From NCBI RefSeq assembly GCF_963921235.1, contig NC_086097.1:102240001-102304000 (forward strand): a DNA stretch of 64,000 nt, given 5' to 3'. A program made the translations under genes and the position numbers. This stretch comes from Mobula hypostoma. Taxonomy: Eukaryota. The notes beneath the pieces were generated by a model. That model ran no database searches and was not told the DNA's origin. It saw nothing but the letters and a program-made list of their open reading frames with translations. Shown here piece by piece: positions 1-13,299 of the stretch (the stretch's first letter is position 1; each line of letters opens with the position of its first letter).

Positions 1-3000
1 TCCATAAGGCAAACAGAAAGCAGATGATGTATGGATGCCAAACACAACAGTTGGAGCTTTGTGTGTTGAAAAGTGGAGGGCCAGCACTTTTTGAACGTGG
101 TTTTGAAAACTCCAATGAGACTGGTACTCAATCAAAGCTCTCAATGTGAGATCAATAGGCAACAGCAGCCTAAATGGTAGCACTCAACAGAGACAGGCAC
201 AGCCGCTTAATGCTAAAGAGGTGTTTGAGAAAGGGAAAAAATATGGTAAATTCAAAGGCACGAAGGCCAGAATTGAACAGCAACACCAAGATTTCATAAA
301 GCACATCCAGTAGCTTGCAAACTCCATCCTAAAATGGATGCCGAACTGCAGAGCTTGGGGGCGTCTGGAATTCCTTCCAAGGTTGAGTTGGACGATTAAG
401 CCATGCCCATTGTCCTGGTGATCAAGGAGGGAAGATCTGAGCCGTTGGGATGCTGGGATTTCAAAGTGACCATCAATCCAGTGGCTACATACTGTGCAGT
501 ATACCCTGTCACAAATAGAAGGCTTTTTCTTTGCATCTTTGGCAGGTGGGGAGGGATTTTCAAAGACTGCCTATTTGCAAATGGAGACCAAGGAGTCAAA
601 CAAAGTTTCTCACAATCAACACTCACAAGGGACTGTTCCAGTAGAATTATCTCATCTTTGGCATTGCATCAGCTCCAGCAATTTGGCAAAGAGCAATGGA
701 CCAAGAGCTCCAAGATATCCCAGGAACACAGTGTTGCCAGTCACAATGCTGTCATCAAGGTAAGAATGGTAAAGAGCGCCTCCAAACCCTTGGAGAAGTG
801 TTAACCCAGCAGAGTGAGTATGGGCTGTGTGCAGAGAGAAATGGGTTTTTCAAGAATGAAATTTCATTGTGGACATGTCATTGACAAGCAGGGCTTACGT
901 AAGTCACAAGAGAAGACTGAAGCAGTGCTACAGGCACCCAAACCAGAAAATGTGTCACAACCCAAGTCATACTTGGGCCTCGTAAACTAGTACCACCAGT
1001 TTCTCCCAAAAATTACTACAGAACTGGGATTAACATACAAGGAGCATTTGACAGCTTTGGGCCTATACTCACTGGAGTTTAGAAGAATCCAGGGGGATCT
1101 CATTGAAACCTACCAAAAGTTGAAAGGACTGAATAGGGTGGATATAGAGAGGATGTTTCCTATGATGGGGATATCCAGAACTAGAGGGCACAGCCTCAAA
1201 GTTGAGGGATGACCTTTCAGAACAAAGACAAGAAGGTTTTTTTTTTATATATATATAAGTAGTGTGGTATATCTGGGCTACTCTGCCACAGACTGCGGTA
1301 GAGGCCAAGTCCCTGCATATATTTAAGGTGGAAATTGATTGTTTCCTGATCAGTCAGGACATCAAAGGATATGGTGAGGCAGGTGTATGGGGTTGAGTGG
1401 GATCCAGGATCAGACATGATAGAATGGTGGAGCAGTATCGATGGACTGAATGGCCTCATTCTGCTCCTATGTCCTATGGCACTCATTGAACACAGGAGCA
1501 AAGGGAGCATGGTCAGAAAGATGTGAAAAAGTATTAAAGGAAGCAAAGACTAATAACATCTGATGGTCTGCTCACCCATTAACCCATCCCTGCCCATCAG
1601 ACTGGCATGCAATGTGTCGCCTTATGGCATTGGAGCCGTTTTGTCACACATTATGAAAGATGGATCTGTGTTCGCTTTAACGTCACTGAGCGCAGAATGC
1701 AACTAAGCACAGATCAACCGAGAGGCCCTTAGTCTAGTATGGGCAATAAAGAAGTTCCACCACTACCTCTATGGATAAAAGTTTACATTAGTGACAGATC
1801 ACCAACCAGTGTCCAGTTCTCAATCCCAGGAAGGGAATTCCAGTGATGACATCTACCCGGTTACAACATTGGGCATTGTTCCTAGGAGCCACTCTTATGA
1901 CCTAAGCAACACAGCAATGGTGATGGCTTGTCATGTCTTCCACTACTGGCAACTGAAGAAAAGTCTTCATACTGTGACCCAGCAGGAGTGTTCCACACCG
2001 CATTGGTGGACCCGTTGCCGGTAACAAATTGCGAAATACAAAGGGAAACACAGAATGACCGGCATTGTCAAAAGTCTATGAAATCACCATGCAAGGATGG
2101 CCAGTCATGGTAGCTCGATGTGTACGGAGTTCTCAGATGAGACCAGCTGTCGGTTATGACAAAGAACCCTGATGTGTGGATTGTGTTGTGGTTCCCCCTA
2201 GACTGTGCACCGGACTGTTAGAAAATCTGCACAAAGGATACCTGGGTACAGTCAATACTCTCGCCCAGAGCTACGTGTGGTGACCGGGAATAGATAAACA
2301 GATTGAAAACTTGGCCAAAAGCTGTCCAGGATGCCAAAAAATTCAAAATGCACCTACAGACACTTACACCCATGGGAGTGGCCATCTTCACCATAGCAAA
2401 GAGTACATGTTGATTTTGCTGGGCCATTCATGGACTCCATGATCCTGATTGCTGTGGATGCTCATTCGAAGTGGTCGGCGGTCATACCAATGAAGTCAAC
2501 CATGTCAGCAAAGTCTGTCTCAGCTCTGAGGACCATCTTTGCCAGAAATGGCCTACCAGAACAAATTGTGAATGACAACAGACCACAATACACATCAGAA
2601 GAATTCCAAATGTTCATGAAAAATGGCATCAGACATTTCAGGTCAGTTCCTTGCCACTCGGCAATGAATGGGTTAGCTGAAAGGTTTATCCAACCTTCAA
2701 GAAGTCCATTAAAGTGGTGGACAATGAGGACATTTCTCTACGGCACAAGGTGGACAACTTTCTGTGTATCTGTTGACGCGATGACAAATCAAACAACTGC
2801 AATACTGTCCATGAACAGGAATCTGAGCCCTCACAGGGACCTCCTGAAACCAGATCTGCAGAATAAACAGTTCAGCCGGTTGCCAAGTGACGCAGCAAGG
2901 AGCTTCGAGATTGGACAGGTAGTCCTAGCACGTGATTACCGAGAAGACAAGAGGCCACCCTGTAGGATATCTACAAGAACTGGGCCACCGATGTACAGAG

Positions 3001-3400
3001 TGGATATTGGAGATCAGACATGGAGACCGGATACTGGATGCTCAGCCAAAGAACACACCTGATTCGACTGCACCCAACAAGTCAGACACCTTACAGCCTC
3101 TCAGTGATGTCACTGACAGCAACGTGACACTAGAGACTGAGAATCTTGTCTCAGACAAGATGCCTACCAAACCCGATGCCACTCCACAAGCCCAGAGGCA
3201 CTATCCTAAAAGAAACAGAGCACCATCCAAAAGACTGAATCTTTAGAACTGGGAAGTTAATTATGGACTGTTATTGTGAAATATGGAATGGGTTTACAAA
3301 AGGGAAATTGAATGTTTTGTACACTGTTTTATGTTGATTAATCCAAAGAGGAATAAGTGTAATGTATGGATCTATTTCTTTTGGAGCAATATGCATTTAT
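1..3400 (+). mobile_element. Degenerate Ty3/Gypsy LTR retrotransposon internal region (RT - RNase H - integrase), 5' part outside the window
   Basis: Frameshifted pol fragments: PRFHKAHPV...PIVLVIK...CWDFKVTINP (RT start), LAC..SPYGIGAVLSH-like RNase H at ~1600-1800, integrase ORF 2430-3062 (LIAVDAHSKW...LRTIFARNGLPEQIVNDNRPQYTSEEF...NGLAERF); purine tract then TGTAAT at ~3345-3363 (possible 3' LTR start). Confidence 0.9.
1024..1480 (+). mobile_element. CR1-type LINE 3' fragment inserted in the Gypsy element
   Basis: Typical CR1 ORF2 end (GLYSLEFRRIQGDLIETY) and 3' terminus (gaatggcctcattctgctcctatgtcctatgg); Gypsy sequence resumes after it. Confidence 0.85.
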
Positions 3401-4411
3401 CTGTGCACAAACACAGCACTGACCTATAGACTTTATGCCTAGAGAATTCAAGTGCTCTTCCTGATTCATGTTAAATCCTAGCAGCAACCATGCTACCTGT
3501 GAGTCAGTATGTTCCAGGTCCTCACCACATTTTGGATAAAAATGGTTTCCCCTCAGATCACCTACAAATGTTTTACCATGTCCCCTAAATCTAATGTCCT
3601 ACAGATTTATTAGTTGCATCCTCAACTTTGCCCTGCCACTTTCACTGACCGGCACACACATACCAAATCCATCTGCTTCTACACCATTTCCAGAATAGCA
3701 TTCTCTATTTTGAATTATTTCTCCTCTTTCTTCCTACAAAAAGACACAACCTCACTTCCTCTGCATTAAATTTCATCTGCTACCCCTAGTGCTCATTGTC
3801 CAATACTACACAATTTAAACTTCAGATTAAAATGCCACATTCTCCTGATCCAAACTTCTCAGCTCCTCTATGAAATGGACCAGTTCAATCCAATCTGAAA
3901 ACTTTTTGTGATCAAGTAATAGAATACTGACCAGTCTCCTGCCTCTCCTCACTTCATGACAATTAATTAAATATTGCTCAACTTTGGGATTGTGTATTTT
4001 TCAAAGCAGCAACCATTTTCAAATAATTGAACAAGTAATGTGCTAACAGTGTGTTTAAAAATGGAATATTATCACGTTAAGGACTCAAAGCTCAACCTAC
4101 AAGTCTTGAGGTCAATAAACCACAGAGTGAAGTAAGTTGCACATAAACAACAGAAAAATACACTGTTCATTTTGTGGTGTTATGTCCTAGTTCTCAGTCT
4201 CATTCTGAGCACATAATGCACAAATTCCTCCATGGGACCTGATGTTATATGATGCAAATACTACACCAAACCAACTCAAGATAACATATCACTTGCAAAA
4301 TTTGTCATTTTCTCCTACATCATGGACAATAAAGGCAAGGCTAGCATTTAATGTCCAGCTCCAACAGTCCTTGTGATTGACAACTTTTAGTGTCACACTT
4401 GCACGCAGGTG

Positions 4412-4915
4412 CAGAAGGTACCTAATAAAGTGGCCACTGAGTGTATTTCTGTATGTTCGTGGTCTTCTGCTGCTAAAGCCCACCCACTTCGAGGTTCAAC
4501 ATGCTGTGCATTCAGAGATGCTCTTCTGCACACCACTGTTAGTTGTTCACCTTCCTGTAGCTTGACCCAGTCTGGCCATTCTCCTCTGATCTCTCTCATT
4601 AATAAGGTGTTTTCACCCACAGAACTGCCACTCACTGGATGTTTTCACACCATTCTCTGCAAACTCTAGAGACAGTTGTACATGAAAATCCCAAGACATC
4701 AGCCGTTTCTGAGATATTCAGACCACCCCATCTGGCACCAACAATCACTGCACAGTCAAAGTTATTTGTATTGCATTTCTTCCCCATTCTGATGTTTAGT
4801 CTGAACAACTGAACCTCTTGACCATATCTGCATGCTTTTATGCACTGATTGGCTGATTAGAGATACCTGCATTAATGAGCAGGTGATCAGGTGTACCTAA
4901 TACAATGGCCAATGT
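4412..4915. mobile_element. Tc1/mariner-derived non-autonomous remnant
   Basis: Terminal motif gtacctaataaagtggccactgagtgta at 4418-4445 and a degenerate copy at ~4890-4915; the same motif recurs at ~25288-25340. Confidence 0.65.
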
Positions 4916-7900
4916 TCTTCTGCTGCTACCCCTCCTGGTCAGTTGGTAACATCCTTACCCAAGTCAGGAGATCCTAGTTTACATCTTCACTAACCTCCAC
5001 TGCCCAGCTATGATAAAAGACAGTGGGAAAGAGTCATCCTTTCAATTAAGTTATTAAATCAAGGCCAAAGCAGCTTCTTGTACCGAACTGTTTAGATCTA
5101 CATCCCTACTGGCACCTCAGAAAGGGAACAGTGTGAGACTAACTGATAGTAGCCTCTCAGCGATCAACAAATCCAAAACTGATTAATCGCTTATTCATTT
5201 CATTAAAGGTTGTGAGGCCTTGCAGTGCAGAGAGATCCTCACATGACCACCTTTTAAACTGGTGAATTTATGTAAAATCATGGAGGTTTTAAAAAAAGAC
5301 AAACCATCATTCCACATTAGCTGTGCACTCTCAGCCTAGACTTCCCCACTATAGGAAATAGCCTCATGAGCTAAGAAATAAAGCAAGTGGGTCAGGAGAG
5401 ATATCAGAAATGAGTAAAAACTACAACTCTACCCAGAAACACTGCTGATTCTCTCAATTCTGAAACTGATATAAATCCATTGAGTAAAGTTAAAAAAAAA
5501 GGTTGAGGGCTATAAAGCAAATAAATCATAGATTACTTCCAGCAGCTTCTCCGGAAATAATGATGCCAGCAACCCCAAGGATCTTTTTTCACCTGAGGCC
5601 AGTATGACACGAAGTTAGAAACGCAGTAGCTACTCCAGATGAGGGCATCAGACATTTAACTCCTTCAGTGCTGAGACCATACATCACATCTCATGAGGAT
5701 TTTCTGATACACCACATCTTGATCTTTGATTATTAATGAAAGTTCAGCACAAATCCCCAAATGCAGTGTACTGTGCGAACAATTCTACAACCAATTTCTG
5801 ACATTCACAGAAACAGGTGCAACTTACAGAAAGGCTCTTTCTATCATCGACTCTTGGAATTGCAGAACTCAGGTGGAAGGCTGGGGTTTAAACCTTGAAT
5901 CAGAAGGTTGTAGGTCAAGTCTAGACTCAACCAGTCACAAAAGTTGTACCACTTAGAAAAAGGAACCTACATTTCTATATAGCACTTTTCTAAATCTTAA
6001 ACCACATGAAAGCATTTCACAGCCAAGGGCCTCCTTCTGAAATTTAGTAAATGTAGAAATAACTATGTACACAGCTAGCTCCCATACAGCAATACGATAG
6101 CTAAAAGATCTGTGGTACTGGCTGAGGGGAAATGTTGGCCTGTAGACTGGGGGGGGGGGGTTTCACTCTTATGACTCATAATAGTGAGTAGCAGACAAAG
6201 CCAGACCAGAGTTTAGACTAACACCTTGCTAGAAGACGGACAACACTCAATGCTATGTAGCAATTCCTTGGTTGAGTGGAGTAGAGAAGAGTCTAACAAC
6301 AAAATAAATATGCCCTGGACTAACTGTGTAAAGGGTCAGAGCCACAAGGAGTCACCCTCATCTGATAGAGGTGAAAGAGTTTCTTCTCACAATGTTTGAA
6401 GCTCTTGACCACAGAGAGTCATGGAAGTGCAATTACTGAATATATTCAAGGCACAGGCTGAGAGATACCTCCAACTGTGAGGGAGTTGAGGGGTACAGGA
6501 GAGTGCAGGAGTAGTGCTGGGACCATAATTCAATCAGTTATAAAATTCCTTGATGGCAGAGCATGTTCAAGGGGAAGTCTAGTACAAACCCCCAAACCTG
6601 TTGTACCGTGTGAGCAAAGATCCTGAAAACAACTCCTGACACTCCTTGTGCTCCTCTTTTCAATAGTTAGTTTATAAGCAAAGGAGAGAGCTGAGGTGGC
6701 ACACTGGATAACTTAGGTTAGACTTCCGCAGTTTCTATGCACTGAGCTGTCAGACATTTCGCCTTCCAGCCCAGCAGGACAAGGGTCAGGCACAGATCCA
6801 GATCAACTCCAGTTGCCGCTTCCACTCCTAAAGTCAAACTTTCTGACACACACAGAATACTGTGTACTGTTTTCGGGATAATATTACTTGGGATGAGTAT
6901 ATTTTCAGGAAAGAACAAATAGGCTCCTCTCTCTTTTCTGCAGAGAAACCCAAGACCAGCCTGATAGCAAACTGTGAGATACAGTAATTAAGGGTTCTGA
7001 TATGGCTGTCAGAGGAAAGATATTCAAAACTCTGAAGGGTCCAAATATGCACAGAATAGTTCCACAAGGAGATTTTGAAAGAAACTTATATATCCCAATC
7101 AAAAGATTGTGGAATAAAGCAGCACACAGTAAATCTGGTGTGTTCTGTCTTGAAACAACTGAATCTGCCTCCTGTACCCTTTCAGACTGACATTCCACAT
7201 CTGAGCAGACTACATGAAATTTCCTTCACAATACCCTTCCTTATCTATGTACATTCACTTCAATGCCAAGCCACATCGGATATATTTCACAAGGGGCTCG
7301 TACATCCTGCTTTGGACCCGAGCTGCATTCAACAGTCAGAGCTACAGAACAAGCAGGGGTTTCATAGTTAACATAAGCAGAAAAGAACTCCGCTTGTATT
7401 GATTGCAAACAGACATCTGGCTGCAGTACCGCGATGTTGGAGATTCCAGAGTTTAGTTAAAATGGCAGAGCAAACCCCTATCTATTCTGTACGTTGGCAG
7501 AGGATCCTTGCGATGGGTACTCGCGCCTCATACGTCCCATTACAGGACAGCCATTCCCCGCCCCGCAGCGTCTGGATATTACCATGCATGTTTCAATTCC
7601 AGGACGGGGAGCCCCTAACTGTTGGCATATTTTTTGGGGAAGTCTGCAATGCAAGATGACAACAGCACTGGAGTAAATAATTCTTGATCAAGATCCATCC
7701 CAATACGGGAGGACATTGTAAATCAAAGAACAAGTTCCCCAAGGCGGAGGCTTGCCCCGCAGTTCCGACTCAAATCAAGCAAAATTCCGACCGCACCACA
7801 AAAAGCAATCGTGTTCAAATAGATTTAACATCTACACCGACCACCGAGAACTCTTGCTGCACTGTCGGGACTCTTCCTTTTTGCATTGCAACGCACGAAA

Positions 7901-8500
7901 CCACTTCCTCCTCCTTCCCCAAAGAAATCTCAATACCGCGTTCAACTCGAAAGCAGCCACTCATACACCAACCCGAAACACGCTGAGCTTGTACGTTGTC
8001 GTCTCGACCAGCCCAGCTCTGAGTGGGGTTTTAAAGAGGGATCCAGCGGCCTGAGTGCGGGAGAAGCAAAGGTACCGTGTACCCTGCACATCTCCAGACG
8101 ACTAAAGTCGACACTCACGGCTGAGGCCAGCTGGTCAGGTGGAATCGGGGTCGTAATCGCCTGAAAGTGTGGCCGCATCCTCAACACCACGGTGCCAACT
8201 TGTATTATAAGCGAAGATCACAATGCATACTCAAAGCGATTTTGCACTGCAATACTGTACACTAAAAATACGCGAGCCGCTGCTCTAAGTATCAATGCAT
8301 TTAACTTTGCTTTTCTCTTTCAACAATCCACGAAGGTGAGGCCAGTCTATGGATGATGATACCTGTGCAGTTTCCTCGTCCCACAAGGTTGAAAAGAGCT
8401 TGGAAATGCACCCACGTCCCCAGCTATTCGCTGCATCCGCTCTTACCATCGCAATGCTGTGGTGAGCTTGCATTTGGCAGGCTGAGTCATAAGAGTTTAC

Positions 8501-8700
8501 CTCATCGAGGGCTGAGCGAACATTGTTGCACATTTTCCCGAGGGGGGGGAGCGGTATGACAATTGCACATCATCTGTGCACAACACAATCCGGCGTTCGT
8601 CCTCTGCTTCCCGCCTCCGCCTCCTCCACCCCCGCCCCCGATATTTTGCACGCTGTTCTTTTGCGAAAAAAACCTGCAAATTCTCCACAACTTTAAAAAA
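8501..8700 (-). other. Candidate non-coding 5' exon of the divergent gene
   Basis: GC-rich (GGAGGC)n-like segment ending at minus-strand donor GAG|GTAAAC (intron would start at 8500); 5' boundary is a guess. Confidence 0.35.
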
Positions 8701-9427
8701 AAGCTTTGTGATGATCCACGACTACTTCCTGCTGCCGTCAGAAAATGGCACAAGGCCCTTTTAAATCCCGTAAACAGGCCGGGACTTTCCGTTTCATGAC
8801 TTACACGGGTTCTACTGAAGCAACTCCCTGCACGAGCGAATCTAGGGGGTTCTTCAAGCCAGGGCGAAGTGTTGAAAGGGAAGGTGCGCAGTTTAACAAT
8901 TAAATTGCAATTATTTTTACATAAAACGTAATCTCAAAAATGTCCACATTATGCAACACGGCCCTTTGCAAACAACCTTCGATCTAGCCAGTATATTTTT
9001 AGAATTGAAACTAGCTAGATTAAGGGAGTGGGGGGGGGGAAGGAGAGAAGAGATTAGAAATTATCGATGATGAAAGATCCAGCAATTATTTCACCAACCC
9101 AGTCACTCCCGTCACCCCAACCGAAACAATCCCAGTTTATTCCTGCAGACTCGGGTCACCTGCTCACGTCAGTTTCAGATCTCGTGAACTGGACAGAGAA
9201 AAACGATCGACACGATCCATGCCAGCGAAAATTGGCAATATTCCGCCGGGCTCCGCGTCCACATTCGAACACACAGTTGGGAAAAAAAGACTTCCGCCAA
9301 CTTACACAATCGCAGGCGCCAGCGATCCCTGCAAATCGCCTGAAGTTTCACAATCCAGAACTTTGCCTGCAAAGGGTGTCCGCTCACTTCCTAGTTAAGA
9401 AACTGCGTCTTCTTAAAAGTTATGCGG

Positions 9428-9435
9428 TGACGTCA
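9428..9435. promoter_or_regulatory. Full palindromic CRE (TGACGTCA)
   Basis: Exact TGACGTCA in the CpG-rich block; ETS-like CACTTCCT ~40 bp upstream; TCACGTGA E-box at 10200-10207. Confidence 0.5.
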
Positions 9436-10559
9436 GAGCAAGAGCCAGGCTGCTGCGGAACAACACTATCATAAATGTCATTTCTTGCTCTTTATTTTTG
9501 CTCCCTTTTATTTAGTGCATCGTGTTTTCTTTTGCTCTATATTACACAACGCCCTTCCCTCGCCACGGAAAATAAAGAACTATTTTCTGGTAGTGCACTG
9601 GCCCACGCAGGCTTGTCTCGAGGGAATTACTGATGCGCTTTCACAACTTGGACTTGCCTACGATTCATTCGGGCTGACTTGGTAAACTTGTTGCATTGGA
9701 GTGTGATTGCCCCGTGACCCGCTTCAGAGCGCTGATTCTTTCACTGCACGGCGTTGCACTGTAAATCGTAGCTTTAAAATGTACGGAGTACGTAACATTT
9801 TGCATAAGTGTTAACTGGAAAAGAGTGTTTAAACTAGCGCATAATAAATTGTGGAAACATAGCCCTGGTTAGGTTAGGGAAATATATAAAAACAATTGAT
9901 GAAGTGATCAACTTGGGTTAAATAGAGGGTCGGTGGGTGAGGAAACAGCCCAATGATGTCCTTGTAAATACTCTTGCAGACACCTCTCTGCTACACTGAG
10001 GAAGCAAATTATGATGTTTTTCTAACCCTTTCCTCTTCACAAGCATTGAAACCACCGGATCCTTATCTTTAACTTTAAAATCATAGTTTATGTTTGGTTT
10101 CAGTTGATCCCGCAAAGGTCCGAGCACTAGACACGCTTCGCCGTGGGAGTTGTGCTCAGTCGATACAGTACTTCCAAGGCGAAATATTACAAAATGCGCT
10201 CACGTGACATGTTAATGGCGCTGCTTATTGTAGGACGTTTCTGTTATATCTGAATACACACAGATGCAAGTGGTTGTGTTGCCAAATGAAAAGGCTCCAC
10301 CAGCGTGGGATTACATTAACAAGTGAGAGAATATTTTTTGCGCTTGCGTGCGCCTCCTTACTGGCTGTCCATCAAAGAGTATTTATTTTAAAAAAGAATA
10401 ACAAACAGAGGACTTTGGTGGGTCAAAATCCTTTGAGCTAACTGCACTATGGCATTCAGAGTGGTTTAAATGGCCAGTTCATCGTCACCTTCTGAACGGC
10501 AGTAAGGGATGGCCAATAAACGCTGTGACACCCGTGTCCTAAAGAAGTAAAGAATCATC

Positions 10560-12860
10560 AGAAAGATTAAGGTAGTTGTGAGTAGATTGAGAAAGGTGAA
10601 CCCACAAAAAGTATCTGGTCCAGAAGGTGTACCTGGCCAAATACTGAAGACATGTGCTGATCAACTGGCTGGAGTGTTTCTGGAGATCTTCAACCTCTTG
10701 GCCTCTGCATTATGAGGTACTATGCTCTCATACTGGCCCCCATGAAGAAGGTTCTATGACTATAGTCCAGTAGCACTTAATGAAGTGCTTTGAGAGGTTG
10801 GATATGAAGCATATCAACTCCTGCCTGAGCAGTGACTTGGATCCGCTCCAATTTGTCTACCAGCACAACAGGTCAACAGCAGATGCCATTTCATTGGCTC
10901 TTCACTCAGTTCTGGAACATCTGGGCAGTAAAGATCCATACATTAGAATGCTCTTCATTGACTATAGATCAGCATTCAACACTATCAACTGCACAAACCT
11001 AATCAATAAGCTCGAAGTCTTAGTCCTCGATACCTCCTCACACAACTGGATCCTCGATTTTCTCTCTTGCAGGCTCCAATCAGTGCATCTCCTCCACAAT
11101 CACCACCAGCACAGGTGTACCACAAGGCTGTATGCTTAGCGCCCTGATCTAGTCACTTTATACTTCTGACTGTGAGCTAAGCACAGCTCCAATGGCATGT
11201 TTAAGTTTGCTGATGACACCACTGTCGTTGGCTGAAACAAAGGTGGTGAAGAATCAGCATATAGAAAGAAGATTGAAAATCTGGTTGAATGATGCCATAA
11301 CAACAACATCTCATTCAACGTCAAAGAACTGATTATTAACTACAGGAGAAAGAAACCAGGTGTCCAAAAGGTAATCCTCATTAGGGGATCGGAGGAGGAG
11401 TGGGTCAGTAACTTTAAATTCCTTGGCATTATCATATCAGAGGATCTGTTGTGGAACCAGCATGTGTAGATTCGGCATATCACCTAAAAACTTTGAAAAA
11501 TTTCCATAGAAGCACAGTGGAGAGTATCTTGACTGGCTGTGTCACAGCCTCGCATGGAAACACGAAAGCACAGTGGAGAGTATCTTGACTGGCCGTGTCA
11601 CAGCCTCGCATGGAAACACGAAAGCACAGGAATTCTTGACTGGCCGTGTCACAGCCTCGCATGGAAACACGAAAGCACAGGAATTCTTGACTGGCCGTGT
11701 CACAGCCTCGCATGGAAACACGAAAGCACAGGAATTCTTGACTGGCCGTGTCACAGCCTCGCATGGAAACACGAAAGCACAGTGGAGAGTATCTTGACTG
11801 GCCGTGTCACAGCCTCGCATGGAAACACGAAAGCACAGGAATTCTTGACTGGCCGTGTCACAGCCTCGCATGGAAACACGAAAGCACAGTGGAGAGTATC
11901 TTGACTGGCCGTGTCACAGCCTCGCATGGAAACACGAAAGCACAGGAATTCTTGACTGGCCGTGTCACAGCCTCGCATGGAAACACGAAAGCACAGGAAT
12001 TCTTGACTGGCCGTGTCACAGCCTCGCATGGAAACACGAAAGCACAGTGGAGAGTATCTTGACTGGCCGTGTCACAGCCTCGCATGGAAACACGAAAGCA
12101 CAGGAATTCTTGACTGGCTGTGTCACAGCCTCGCATGGAAACACGAAAGCACAGGAATTCTTGACTGGCCGTGTCACAGCCTCGCATGGAAACACGAAAG
12201 CACAGGAATTCTTGACTGGCCGTGTCACAGCCTCGCATGGAAACACGAAAGCACAGGAATTCTTGACTGGCCGTGTCACAGCCTCGCATGGAAACACGAA
12301 AGCACAGGAATTCTTGACTGGCTGTGTCACAGCCTCGCATGGAAACACGAAAGCACAGTGGAGAGTATCTTGACTGGCCGTGTCACAGCCTCGCATGGAA
12401 ACACGAAAGCACAGGAATGGAAAAGCCTACAAAAAGTAGTGGATACAGCCCAGATAATCACAAGCAAAGCCCTCCCCACCATTAAGCAAATCTACAAGGA
12501 GCACTGCCACAAGAAAGCAACGTCTACCGTCAAGAACCCCTTCCATCCAGGGCATATTCACGTCTCACTGCTGCCATCAGGAAGCATGTCCTAGGTCCCA
12601 CACCACCAGGTTCAGGAATGGTAAGCTTCTGAACCAGCATGGGTAACTTCACTCAACTCAACAACCTATGGACTCACTTTCAAGGACTCTACAGTTCATG
12701 TTCCCAGTATCATTTATTTATTATTCATTCACTCATTATATGTTTATTTGTATTTGCAGAGTTTGTCAGTTGTTCTTTGTGTGTAGTTTTCCATCGGTTT
12801 TATTGTATCACCTGTGAGAGAGTGAATCTCAGGGTGCACACACTTCATTAATTAATGTAG
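10560..12860 (+). mobile_element. Rex1/Babar-type LINE, 5'-truncated, with internal tandem array
   Basis: RT motifs MKCFERL...[23 protein letters not shown]...[64 protein letters not shown]-rich 3' UTR. Confidence 0.9.
11510..12418 (+). repeat. Minisatellite: 17 copies of a LINE-derived core, with 51-bp and 56-bp periods
   Basis: Core tcttgactggc(c/t)gtgtcacagcctcgcatggaaacacgaaagcacag joined by gaat (51-bp, 11 junctions) or tggagagta (56-bp, 5 junctions); 11x51+5x56=841 equals the first-to-last core distance. Confidence 0.97.
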
Positions 12861-13299
12861 TGTGAACTGACCAGTTAGTGTCTCTGTACTGCATCTGGAG
12901 ACTCCCTTGTCCTAGGCAGGCCCAGTGGGACAAGTTGTGATTGTAAGGGAATGTTGTGCAATTACCCCAAACATCTTTGCCTTTCCATCTGCAGAATTCC
13001 TAATCTTTGCCTTTCCGCTGTGTTTGGATTCATTTCCAGAAGATTTCTCACACTACTTCAGCCACCCTGTTAGGCCAGGCAATCTCTTTCATATCCCCAG
13101 TTTTAGCAACCAATCAACCAGCAGTTCCAATTTATGCTAGTACAACATTTTAATGCCTCCTCATATTTTCAGCCACCCCATTGTTTACATAGACTTCCAT
13201 CTCAATTGTCTACAATTTCATCTTTCCTGGAGGTTGAAGGATATTCTGCTAAGATGATAAGTTTTTGCTTGCAACAGAGCCTTCTGAGAAACTGCAGTG

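Larger units (their letters stand above)
7400..10400 (-). promoter_or_regulatory. CpG-rich, almost TE-free promoter/5' region of a divergent minus-strand gene (likely MIDEAS/ELMSAN1 by synteny)
   Basis: CpG density clearly above flanks; (GCCTCC)n/C-rich tract at 8610-8640; minus-strand donor motifs at 8500, 8804 and 9305; CRE, ETS and E-box sites. Gene identity inferred only from the head-to-head MIDEAS-PTGR2 arrangement in mammals; no coding exon in the window. Confidence 0.55.

Noticed and set aside
8502..8799. Poly-Pro and poly-Gly ORFs
   Set aside because: Translation of a GC-rich promoter/UTR tract; no recognisable domain.
11510..12418. CRISPR array (regular repeats with alternating linkers)
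   Set aside because: No unique spacers (only two 4-9 nt linkers), no cas genes, vertebrate context, and the unit is a piece of the surrounding LINE ORF.
11480..12594. Many overlapping repetitive ORFs on both strands
   Set aside because: Translations of the 51/56-bp array.
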